Below are positions 1 to 7,827 of a stretch of 27,002 nt of DNA, piece after piece. Source of the stretch: Candidatus Hadarchaeum sp. (GTDB taxonomy: Archaea > Hadarchaeota > Hadarchaeia > Hadarchaeales > Hadarchaeaceae); NCBI RefSeq assembly GCF_049969415.1, contig NZ_JBMFOX010000016.1:1-27002 (forward strand), read 5' to 3'. Both the position numbers and the translations under genes were made by a program. The stretch's first letter is position 1, and the number at the start of each line of letters is the position of its first letter. The notes beneath the pieces are model-generated. The model saw only the letters and a list, made by a program, of their open reading frames with translations, ran no database searches and was not told where the DNA came from.

Positions 1-40
1 AACGCAAAGTATTTAAGCTTTTGGGTAAATATACCCAACG

Positions 41-337
41 ATGTTAGGGACTATTGTGGTGATCGTGCTGAACCGCTTGGAGCAAAGGCGGGCCAATCAG
101 TTCTGCAAGAAGTTTTACGGCCAGGTGACCAGCACCAGGGGGAAGAAGTACCGGAGGATCGGCCTGCTCGACGGGATCCCGCACATCAAGCTGGCGAGGG
201 GCGTCGTGATCGTTTCGAAAAAAGACGCAGGTGAAGTGATCAAGTTCATTCAGGGATTCGGCGGGGTAGAGTTCCACGCCAGAGACGTCGTTCTAACGCC
301 TCAGGATATAAAGGCCCTTCGAGGGAGGGAGGTGTAA
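41..337 (+). CDS. Small basic hypothetical protein, possibly Cas2/VapD/PaaX-middle-like ferredoxin fold
   Basis: 98-aa ORF with a BRE/TATA-like element (cgcaaagtatttaag, 3-17) about 25 nt upstream of the ATG, consistent with a leaderless mRNA. The predicted beta-alpha-beta-beta-alpha-beta pattern makes the fold call tentative. Confidence 0.6.
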   Translation: MLGTIVVIVLNRLEQRRANQFCKKFYGQVTSTRGKKYRRIGLLDGIPHIKLARGVVIVSKKDAGEVIKFIQGFGGVEFHARDVVLTPQDIKALRGREV

Positions 338-340
338 ACT

Positions 341-373
341 ATTTTTGTCCCAAATCTGTGTGCAGACAAAAAT
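341..373. repeat. 9-bp inverted repeat (ATTTTTGTC-N15-GACAAAAAT) between convergent genes; possible terminator or binding site
   Basis: Arms at 341-349 and 365-373 are exact reverse complements and present a T-run on each strand. Confidence 0.45.
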
Positions 374-432
374 TTAACCCAAACCGACAGATCTCGTTAT
401 CTTTCAAGGAAAGCTTATGAATTTACTGGTTT

Positions 433-2316
433 TCATTCAAACGACGCCACTGAATAGCAGTGGATATTCGGCACGGTGAAGGTGACCTTCCCATCCTGCA
501 ACAAGAAATTCAGAACTCTTCCCTCTTCATCCGGGCTAATGATTTTCAACTGCTTCCCCTCCAGAACCACGCCTTCGGGGACCGTCAGCGTCACCTCGAC
601 ATTGGTCAGATCTAAAAAGTCCCTTGTCCCTCGGTCGTACCTGTAGTTGAGCATGTGGATTAGCAGCGAGCTGTCCCCCCGGTAGACTACCAGCCCCAGA
701 TCCTCCGCGGCGTTCGTCTCCACTCCGAGGTCAACCCCCAGCCCCCGCAGAACCGGCACCAGCTGTGAGTCGTCGGCGAGGTCGTCGCACCTGATGACGA
801 GGCCGCCCGCCGCCGCGTACTGCTCGAGGAGGGCCAGCGCCTCAGGGTCAAGGTCGTAGTCCCGCGGCACCACCACGACCCGGTATTTCTGCAGCTCTGC
901 CAGCGCCAGCGGCCTCTGGACGAAGGTCCCGTCACCCCGGTAGACGACCTCGAACGGGATGTGGGCCTCCTGGAGCGTGATGCCGATGCTCTTGAAGCTG
1001 TTCCAGGCGCTGGGGGCGAGCCAGGTGAACCTGTTGATCAGCGTAGAGTGTAGGTCGTGGAGCAGCGCCACCGTCGCCACCCGGTCCAGGTTCTCGTAGT
1101 ACTGCGGATGCCGGGCGAAGAACTGGGTGTAGGGGGAGACCTTTTCCGCCGCGATGGTGTAGGCGCCGCCCCCGTAGACGTAGGCCCGGTGTGGGAGCAT
1201 GAAGGAGGCCCCGCAGGCCCGCGCCTCGGCCAGCCAGTGCCGCCACAGCCACCAATCCTCCTCGGAGAGTTGCTGGAGGTCGAAGACGTCGGGGAACGCG
1301 GAGAACGGCTTCCCCCGGTCCAGCGCCTCGGCAAGGAGATAGGTGACGAAGTGCTTGCCCGGAATGGGGCGGAGGTAGTCAACGCCGGGATGGGCCTCGG
1401 GGATCGTCGGCATCTCGAAGATGACGAAGTCGAGAAGGGGCACGAAGATCTGGTGGTTCGGCTCCAGCCCATAGACGTTCGCCGTCACTGGGATGTCCCA
1501 GCCGGCTGCCTGCTTGCCGTGCCGGACGAGCTCCCCGAGGAACCTCGTCCGCTCCAAGTACCGGAACTGGAGGTACGTGCTTTGCAGCTGCGGGTTGGGA
1601 TCGTCCCACCAGTGGGCGCCCCCTTGCCCCAGCAGATATTCCCGGTAGCTGAAGGCAGTGAGGTCGGTGATTCCGAAAAGCTGCTCCAGTTCGTCGGGCG
1701 AGTAGTGCTCGGCCAAGTAGTTGTTAAAGGCCTGCATGCAGTAGCCGCAGAAGCAGTCGCCGACATCCCCGGGCTCGTCGAGGAGGATCCCGTCTACGTC
1801 CCCTCTCGCCTGCTCCGCTATGCGGTTCATGAGAAAATCCCGCCAGAGCGGGTTGTTGCCGCACATCTTATAAAGGCCCTCCAGACCCAGCAGCAGGACA
1901 GGGTCGCCGTAGACATCCCTCTGACAGGCCTCCTCCCGGAGCTGCAGGTTCTCCGTGGTTGCGGACTGCTCGCAGGGGAGGTTGGAGGTGACCTTGAAGC
2001 CATTTCTGTGCAAATCCTTTACATAGTTCCACTCATATTCGTTGAACCCGCTGTAGTAGACTGAGAAGGCCGTCCCGGTCGCGCCCAGTTCCTCCAAATA
2101 TTCTGTTGAGGGCTGGTCGAAAACCCAGATGTTTCCCTCTCTGAGCCAGTCCCTGGTGAAGGTGTAGTGTTCCTCCTCAGCCGTGCTTGGCGTGGTGTTT
2201 GTAGTCTCCGGAGGGGATTCCGTGCCCGCCGGCGGTCGCTTGCCCAGGTTTATAATCAGACCTGCGGCCAGAACGGCGACGACCAGCACCGCCGCGATGA
2301 TGATAATTTTTCTCAC
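433..2316 (-). CDS. Membrane-anchored or secreted glycoside-hydrolase-like protein (TIM barrel + beta-galactosidase trimerisation/GATase-like domain; GH42/GHL6-like)
   Basis: N-terminal MRK plus hydrophobic stretch and a P/T/E-rich linker. Motifs DGILLDE and CFCGYC..AF; a later VALLH...LQEAHIPFEVV...LQKYRVVVVP segment; beta-rich C-terminus. Confidence 0.7.
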   Translation of the reverse strand: MRKIIIIAAVLVVAVLAAGLIINLGKRPPAGTESPPETTNTTPSTAEEEHYTFTRDWLREGNIWVFDQPSTEYLEELGATGTAFSVYYSGFNEYEWNYVKDLHRNGFKVTSNLPCEQSATTENLQLREEACQRDVYGDPVLLLGLEGLYKMCGNNPLWRDFLMNRIAEQARGDVDGILLDEPGDVGDCFCGYCMQAFNNYLAEHYSPDELEQLFGITDLTAFSYREYLLGQGGAHWWDDPNPQLQSTYLQFRYLERTRFLGELVRHGKQAAGWDIPVTANVYGLEPNHQIFVPLLDFVIFEMPTIPEAHPGVDYLRPIPGKHFVTYLLAEALDRGKPFSAFPDVFDLQQLSEEDWWLWRHWLAEARACGASFMLPHRAYVYGGGAYTIAAEKVSPYTQFFARHPQYYENLDRVATVALLHDLHSTLINRFTWLAPSAWNSFKSIGITLQEAHIPFEVVYRGDGTFVQRPLALAELQKYRVVVVPRDYDLDPEALALLEQYAAAGGLVIRCDDLADDSQLVPVLRGLGVDLGVETNAAEDLGLVVYRGDSSLLIHMLNYRYDRGTRDFLDLTNVEVTLTVPEGVVLEGKQLKIISPDEEGRVLNFLLQDGKVTFTVPNIHCYSVASFE

Positions 2317-2426
2317 GTTACCAAACTCCTGTTTTTCGCCTTTAAAATAAGTGGGTGCCCCTCCCGCTACGCTTTTTATCCCGAGGTTACAATCTTTTAT
2401 CGGAGGTCTGGAAAGGAGGTGGGTCG

Positions 2427-2615
2427 TTGCCGAGGAAGAAGGTCGAGCATAAGGAGAAAGTCGAGGAGAAGCCCAAGCCCGAGGTGAAGCACGAAGTTAA
2501 GGCTCACCCGGAGAAGGCCGGGGAAAAAAAGCACGATGACATGTCCACTTTCATGATCCTGCTGGTTCTGATACTGATCGTGGTTCTGTTAATGCTGGTG
2601 ATTCCGGTTTTGTGA
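2427..2615 (+). CDS. Small tail-anchored membrane protein (K/E/H-rich N-terminus, single C-terminal TM helix)
   Basis: TTG at 2427 follows SD GGAGGTGG, with TATA-like cttttatc near 2394-2401. Charged region is followed by FMILLVLILIVVLLMLVIPVL. Confidence 0.7.
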   Translation: MPRKKVEHKEKVEEKPKPEVKHEVKAHPEKAGEKKHDDMSTFMILLVLILIVVLLMLVIPVL

Positions 2616-2643
2616 AGTGGCGCTGAATTCAAAAGCTGATCGC

Positions 2644-2952
2644 ATGGTCCACTGCACTTACTGTGGTGCCGAAAACGAGGATGGAGTAAAGAGATGTAGG
2701 TCGTGTGGCCGCGGCCTCTGTCCCTCAAAGGCCGCCGAGGGGAGCGTCAGTCGAGGAAATCGCCTTTTTCTGGCGCAGATCGGTTCCGTGACCGGGATCA
2801 CCGTCGGCCTGTTAATCATGCTCTTCGGCGCCGGTTTAGTGCTTTCCCATCTCTATGGAGCGGCCGTAGAGATCTGGCCCGCGGCCTTCATCGTCTTCGG
2901 CATAATGATTGTCTCCGCAGCCATTTCGTCCCTGCGCCGTTCGGGAGGATGA
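2644..2952 (+). CDS. Zinc-ribbon domain membrane protein (2 TM)
   Basis: MVHCTYCGAEN...CRSCG ribbon, two hydrophobic helices with IWPAAFIVFG. ATG 2644 is preferred over GTG 2617. Confidence 0.75.
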   Translation: MVHCTYCGAENEDGVKRCRSCGRGLCPSKAAEGSVSRGNRLFLAQIGSVTGITVGLLIMLFGAGLVLSHLYGAAVEIWPAAFIVFGIMIVSAAISSLRRSGG

Positions 2953-3440
2953 ATTTCTTGAGCGAAAAAAGTAAACCGGACATCCTGGGTCTGCTCTCCT
3001 TCGGGTTCTTCCTGATCCTCGTGGGGGCAATTTTCTCCACGAACCCCAACCTGCCCGGAGAGATACACGATTTTTTACAGGACCTGACCCTTCAGGAGAT
3101 TTACCCGGGCGTGAAATTTTTTGCCCCAGCCTCCAGCCACCTAGGACTCTATGCCGCTGCCTTTAACTTTTCCCTTGCGCTCGCCATTTTCAATGTCCTC
3201 ATCTTGGCGTTGAGGTTTGCCTTCAGGGAGCCGTGGGGCAGAAGGGCGAGCACCGCCTCCAGCATCTTCTTCTGGTCCGGGGCAGTTTTCTCTTTAAGCT
3301 GGCTCAGCAACGGTGCGATCGACTGGTTCACCTTTCTGGGCTGCATCCTGACCTTCTTCGGCGGGTCGATAGTGCTGGGCGGCGCCATCCGTCTGGCAAC
3401 GCTGAATAGGGTTATACCCGCAAAAGCTCAAAGAATTTAG
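2949..3440 (+). CDS. Hypothetical multi-pass membrane protein (about 4 TM)
   Basis: ATGA overlap with the upstream stop, SD GGGAGG, four hydrophobic segments. True start is inside ORF 2703..3440. Confidence 0.75.
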   Translation: MNFLSEKSKPDILGLLSFGFFLILVGAIFSTNPNLPGEIHDFLQDLTLQEIYPGVKFFAPASSHLGLYAAAFNFSLALAIFNVLILALRFAFREPWGRRASTASSIFFWSGAVFSLSWLSNGAIDWFTFLGCILTFFGGSIVLGGAIRLATLNRVIPAKAQRI

Positions 3441-3445
3441 CGGAG

Positions 3446-3805
3446 GTGAAGCATCTGGTTTACTGCCACAAGTGCGGTACCAAAAATCCCGATGACGCCG
3501 AAGTTTGCAAGAAGTGCGGTGCCCGACTTTACGTTACTGGCAGGGGGGCGGAGCGGAGGACATGCTTCGGACCCGAGCGGGAGCACGAGGAGGAATGCTT
3601 CGGTTTGCCCCACGGCGGCGTGATCGTGGCGGTGATCATCGGCACGATAATCATCATCGCCGGCCTTACCTCCCTGCTCAACAACCTGTTCAAATGGAAC
3701 GTGGACGTCTGGAACTCCGTTTGGCCCGTGCTGATTATGATCATCGGGATACTGATAATCGCGGGAGCCATCTACGGGTTGAGCCAGCGGAGAAAGGTCT
3801 CTTAA
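3446..3805 (+). CDS. Zinc-ribbon domain membrane protein (2 TM, LiaF-TM-like WP motif); start may be CTG 3455
   Basis: VYCHKCGTKNPDDAEVCKKCG ribbon, EEECFGLP segment, VWPVLIMIIGILII helix. Confidence 0.8.
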   Translation: MKHLVYCHKCGTKNPDDAEVCKKCGARLYVTGRGAERRTCFGPEREHEEECFGLPHGGVIVAVIIGTIIIIAGLTSLLNNLFKWNVDVWNSVWPVLIMIIGILIIAGAIYGLSQRRKVS

Positions 3806-4518
3806 AAGTCCCTTAAATCGCAGCCGGGGTCGTCGCAGGCCCGGCAGATCTTGCGGTGGCTCCAGCGGGAGAGGTAAAGCCTGTTTAGAATCCAGAAGAG
3901 CGTCAGGGCGAGCAGGGACAGCCCCACGGTGAGGCTTTTGCTCATGTCGTCAACCCCAACCACCAGCAGAAAGGCCCCGGGGGCAAAGAAGGCATTCGCG
4001 AGCGATCGGGCCAGCCACCACGGCGGAAACAGTAGCGGCGAGAGCAGGCCGAGCACGACCCCTGCCGCACCCAGCCACAAGATAAGGAAGGTCAGGTTTC
4101 CGGGCGAAAAACCGGCGAAGAAGTAAAGGAAGGTCCCGGCGAGGTTTATCATGGCGCCGATGAAAAGACCGGTGCAGCCTGCGCAGAGGGCCCGGTTTCC
4201 CACGTGGAAGACATGGGAGGAGAATTTACCGCAGTCGGGGTGGTGTCCCCGAAAACCAAATTTTTTCCGGGCAAAACCTGCTCCGGTTCCGGAAATTGTG
4301 CGACTTTTCTTCAGCCCAGCTTTTTCAGAACAGGGCCCGGGGAAAAGTGCCGCGGTCATTCCGCCGAGGCAGATCAGCGCGAAGAGCAATCCCAGCAGAG
4401 GTTTTCGCAGGGTGGTTTCCTCGGAGATCACCGGCGGGTAAAGCGTGAGCAGCATCGCGACCGCCAGCCCGTAGAGGGAGACGCCCAGAAAGAAAGCCGG
4501 TAAGAAATCCCGCTTCAT
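3802..4518 (-). CDS. Cys/His-rich integral membrane protein, DUF2085-like
   Basis: About 6 TM segments, GHHPDC...H...LCAGCTG motif, C-terminal HRKICRACDDPGC. Confidence 0.65.
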   Translation of the reverse strand: MKRDFLPAFFLGVSLYGLAVAMLLTLYPPVISEETTLRKPLLGLLFALICLGGMTAALFPGPCSEKAGLKKSRTISGTGAGFARKKFGFRGHHPDCGKFSSHVFHVGNRALCAGCTGLFIGAMINLAGTFLYFFAGFSPGNLTFLILWLGAAGVVLGLLSPLLFPPWWLARSLANAFFAPGAFLLVVGVDDMSKSLTVGLSLLALTLFWILNRLYLSRWSHRKICRACDDPGCDLRDF

Positions 4519-4527
4519 CTCGATGGT

Positions 4528-5955
4528 TCACCTGAACAAGTCTCGCAGCGCTTTCAACAAACCCTGACCGGCAAGATAACGGTAGGTCCTCCTTTTGATC
4601 CTGTTGCTGGAGAAAAGCCCGGAGAAGCGCCGGCTGAACGAGCCGTAGAAACTGCGGTAGCAGAGGTAGAGCTCCTCCTGCACTTCTTTTTTCGTCAGCG
4701 TTTCCGTGGGTATGATCGCGTGAACCATATCGTAGTTGGCCCAGTTGTCTTCCTCAATCCAGCCGTTTCTTTTTGCCTTTTCGTAGAGTTCGGTACCGGG
4801 AAAAGGCGTCAGGATCATGAAGATGGCCAGGTCGGGGTCGATGGCGTTGGTGAATTCCCGGAGATTTTCGATCGATTCCCTCGTGTCCTTCCGATTGCCG
4901 ATGATCAAGGTCGCCTGGGCGAAGATGTCGTTTTTCTTTAGCAGGTCCATCGCCCTTTTCGCGTCCTTCGGGTCTATCTTTTTTCGGAAGGAGTTCAGGG
5001 CCGCGGGGCTCTGATTTTCAACGCCGACTAGGGCCCAGTGAAGCCCGGCGGCTCGGGACAGGGGTAGGATGTCCTGATGTTTGACGATATCATCGACCCT
5101 AACCTGCATGAACCACATTATCTCATCACCAATCCCTCCTCTTTTTATCTCCTGGCAGAGTTCTCTGGTCTGGCGGCCCAGGCCGAAGTTGTCGTCGGTC
5201 AGCCAGAGGAACCTGATCCCGTAGTTTCGGTAGCAGAGCTCCATCTCGTCGGCAATCCGTCGGGCTGATTTCTTCCGCCATTTCCCCCGCCAGTGCTTCC
5301 ACTGGGAGCAGAAGGTGCACCGGTGCGGACAGCCCCGCGATCCCTCGATCAGCGCGTAGCCCGCGTTGGCCCCCGACATCATCCTGAAGTGGTATTTGTG
5401 AATGACGTGCTCAACGAAGTGATAGCCCGGCAGAGGTAAACTGTCCAGATCCTCTATCAGCGGTCGGTCCGGGCTGTGTCTCACCTCTTTGCCGTGCCGG
5501 AAGGAGATGCCCTTTATTCGCGAGAGCGAGGATTTTTTGTCAACGGACTTTACCAACTCCGCTAGGGTCTGCTCACCCTCGCCCCTGACGATAACATCGA
5601 TCTCGGGATAGCGCCGCAGGCTTTCCTCGGCCGTGGCTGTGAAGTGCTGGCCTCCGGCGACGGTGAGGATTTCCGGGTTGACCCTCTTTGCCAGCTCCGC
5701 CGCCCGGGCCACGAGGTAGGCGTTGCAGGTGGCAAGGGCGCTGGGTGCGAAGATATCGGGCTGGGCAGATTCGATGCGCCTTTCGAGGCCGTCCCAGTCC
5801 AGTTTTTCGGCCTGGCAGTCCAGCACCTCGATTTCAACATCCTTGACTTTTTCCTCGAGGTAGCTCGCCAGCTGCAGGATTCCGAACGGGGGCGGAAGGT
5901 ATTCCCCCATCACGAACCACATCTCCTTCGGAGGCTCTACAAAGAGGACTTTCAT
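4528..5955 (-). CDS. Cobalamin-binding radical SAM enzyme (BchE/class B methyltransferase-like)
   Basis: N-terminal B12 domain (PPFGILQLAS, GGQHFT, IVRGEGE), SRGCPHRCTFC CxxxCxxC motif, TDDNF and LTPFPGT. Confidence 0.9.
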   Translation of the reverse strand: MKVLFVEPPKEMWFVMGEYLPPPFGILQLASYLEEKVKDVEIEVLDCQAEKLDWDGLERRIESAQPDIFAPSALATCNAYLVARAAELAKRVNPEILTVAGGQHFTATAEESLRRYPEIDVIVRGEGEQTLAELVKSVDKKSSLSRIKGISFRHGKEVRHSPDRPLIEDLDSLPLPGYHFVEHVIHKYHFRMMSGANAGYALIEGSRGCPHRCTFCSQWKHWRGKWRKKSARRIADEMELCYRNYGIRFLWLTDDNFGLGRQTRELCQEIKRGGIGDEIMWFMQVRVDDIVKHQDILPLSRAAGLHWALVGVENQSPAALNSFRKKIDPKDAKRAMDLLKKNDIFAQATLIIGNRKDTRESIENLREFTNAIDPDLAIFMILTPFPGTELYEKAKRNGWIEEDNWANYDMVHAIIPTETLTKKEVQEELYLCYRSFYGSFSRRFSGLFSSNRIKRRTYRYLAGQGLLKALRDLFR

Positions 5956-6024
5956 CCGGACACGGTTATCCTTCAGCAATTGGCCGTAAAAGTTTAGTGT
6001 CTCGGGAGTAGCCAGATCACCAGT

Positions 6025-6813
6025 TCACCTTGCCCTTCTGGCGATGGCGGCCGCGAAGACGCCGGCACCGAAACCGTTGTCGATGTTGACCACGGCGAGC
6101 TTGGGTGAGCAGGACTGGAGCATCGTGATCAGGGCCCCCACGCCCTTTACCCCGACCCCGTAACCGATGGAGGTCGGCACCCCGATCACGGGAACGTCGA
6201 CGAGGCTCGAGACTATTGAGGGCAGCGTCCCCTCCATCCCGGCCACGACGACGAGGGCCGAGACCCCTTCTTTGACCATGTGCTCCAGCGGCTCAAACAG
6301 ACGGTGAATTCCGGCGACCCCGACATCATAGGCCTTGAGGACCTTGCAGCCCATCACCCGTGCCGCCATGGCGGCCTCCTCAGCGACGGGCACGTCGGCG
6401 GTCCCGGCCGCGAGTATCCCCACCTTGCCCTCCTCGGGGAAAACGTGCCCTTTCCTCCTGATCAGCACCGCGCGCGCCGGGCGGTTGATTTCCACCTCGA
6501 AAACACGGCCCAATTCTCCCCTTATCCTCGCGATTTGCGTTCGGTTCGCCCTGGTGATGAGGGCGTAACCGTTGGCTTTGGCCAGGGCAGCCGCAGCCCC
6601 GACGACAGTTTCAGGGTCCTTTCCCTCGGCGAACACGACTTCAGGAACACCCGTCCGGCAGGCCCGCCCCAGATCGATCCTCGCCAGATCCCTGATCTTC
6701 CTGATGTTCAAAGCCGATAGCCGGCGTTCCGCCTCCTCCAGCGTGATTTCACCGCGCTGAAGTTTTTTCAGGACGTCCTTCAGGCCCACCGGCAGCTCGT
6801 TATTTTTGCCCAT
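6025..6813 (-). CDS. larB: Nickel-pincer cofactor biosynthesis protein LarB (PurE-like)
   Basis: R..RTGVPEVVFAEGK, AGTADVPVAEEA, DVGVAGIHRL, AGMEGTLPS, PTSIGYG and VVNIDNGFGA motifs. Confidence 0.92.
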   Translation of the reverse strand: MGKNNELPVGLKDVLKKLQRGEITLEEAERRLSALNIRKIRDLARIDLGRACRTGVPEVVFAEGKDPETVVGAAAALAKANGYALITRANRTQIARIRGELGRVFEVEINRPARAVLIRRKGHVFPEEGKVGILAAGTADVPVAEEAAMAARVMGCKVLKAYDVGVAGIHRLFEPLEHMVKEGVSALVVVAGMEGTLPSIVSSLVDVPVIGVPTSIGYGVGVKGVGALITMLQSCSPKLAVVNIDNGFGAGVFAAAIARRAR

Positions 6814-6881
6814 TCCGATCCAATGAAATAAACCTCGTTTTCGCTAAATAGCTATCCCTATGTCGCGGTTGAAAATGGCGT

Positions 6882-7670
6882 TTACCGGGAGATTTCCTCG
6901 GCCCGTCTCGCCGCGGCTTTGACGGCCTCCTTGATGGCGTCGGCGACCTTCCTTTCCTCCAGTACCTTCATGCCTTCGATGGTGGTGCCCCGCGGCGTGC
7001 AAACCCGACGAATAAGTTCTTCTATTTTTTCCTCAGAGTTGAGCACAATTTCGCTCGCGCCTCGGGCGGTCTGGGCGGCCAACTTGAAGGAGATGTCCTT
7101 GGGGAGCCCGAGCTCCACGCCGGCGTCCTGCACCGCCTTCATGAGGTAAAAGAAGAATGCGGGCCCGCTGCCGCTGACCGCGGTGACCGCGCCCAAGAGA
7201 TCTTCCTCCACCGGGAAGGTGGTCCCAAGTTTGCCGAGAAGCTGCGCCACTGTTTTTTCGTCCTCGGCGGTGGCCCGGGAGCCCTTGGAGTAGGCTGAGG
7301 CCATTTGCAGCACCGCTCCACATAGATTCGGCATGGCCCGGATCACCCTCGCCCTTGTCCTAGCCTCGATGAAAGCGGTGGAGACGCCGGCGGCCACCGA
7401 GACGAAAAGCTTGCCCGCGGAGAGATCCTCGACCTCCTTGAGCACGGGTTCGACCAGATCCGGTTTTACGGCAATGAACACCACATCACACTCGCGGACG
7501 AGCTCCCTGTTGTCCGAGGTCACGCCGATCGAGAGCCTGGCCAGCTCCCTCGCCTTTCCCTCGTCCGGTTCGCTGACGACGATTTCATCCGGCTGAAGGA
7601 CACCAGATCTCAGAAACCCCTTGATCAACGAGGAACCGAGATTTCCGCCGCCGATTACGCCCACCCTCAT
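6882..7670 (-). CDS. proC: Pyrroline-5-carboxylate reductase (alternative start 7688)
   Basis: IGGGNLG Rossmann motif, AVKP, RAMPN, TAVSGSGPAF and VCTPRGTT. Confidence 0.95.
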   Translation of the reverse strand: MRVGVIGGGNLGSSLIKGFLRSGVLQPDEIVVSEPDEGKARELARLSIGVTSDNRELVRECDVVFIAVKPDLVEPVLKEVEDLSAGKLFVSVAAGVSTAFIEARTRARVIRAMPNLCGAVLQMASAYSKGSRATAEDEKTVAQLLGKLGTTFPVEEDLLGAVTAVSGSGPAFFFYLMKAVQDAGVELGLPKDISFKLAAQTARGASEIVLNSEEKIEELIRRVCTPRGTTIEGMKVLEERKVADAIKEAVKAAARRAEEISR

Positions 7671-7790
7671 CGCAACCCCACTATTCATGGTCGGCAGATA
7701 ATAAAGTCCTAATCCTCACCATTCTGAACACGCGTTGAAAAAATTTTGTTTGCGCGATGGGAGGATCGGCACGATTCCGGACTTAAATGG

Positions 7791-7803
7791 GAAAAGTTTA
7801 AAC
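7791..7803 (+). promoter_or_regulatory. BRE/TATA promoter of tRNA-Thr
   Basis: gaaaag-tttaaac lies about 25-30 nt upstream of the mature tRNA 5' end. Confidence 0.65.
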
Positions 7804-7827
7804 AAGCCGGATGGAACTCAGAATGGA

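Noticed and set aside
1057-2064. Long antisense ORFs (1057..2064, 11144..12166, 12714..13730, 16800..17600, 18901..19581)
   Set aside because: Shadow frames of high-GC3 genes with no motifs.
2703-2948. Upstream part of ORF 2703..3440
   Set aside because: It overlaps the zinc-ribbon gene in another frame; ATG 2949 has an SD and translational coupling.
7712-7766. Imperfect inverted repeat ATCCTCACCAT / ATGGGAGGAT upstream of tRNA-Thr
   Set aside because: Bulged, with weak internal pairing; not distinguishable from chance.
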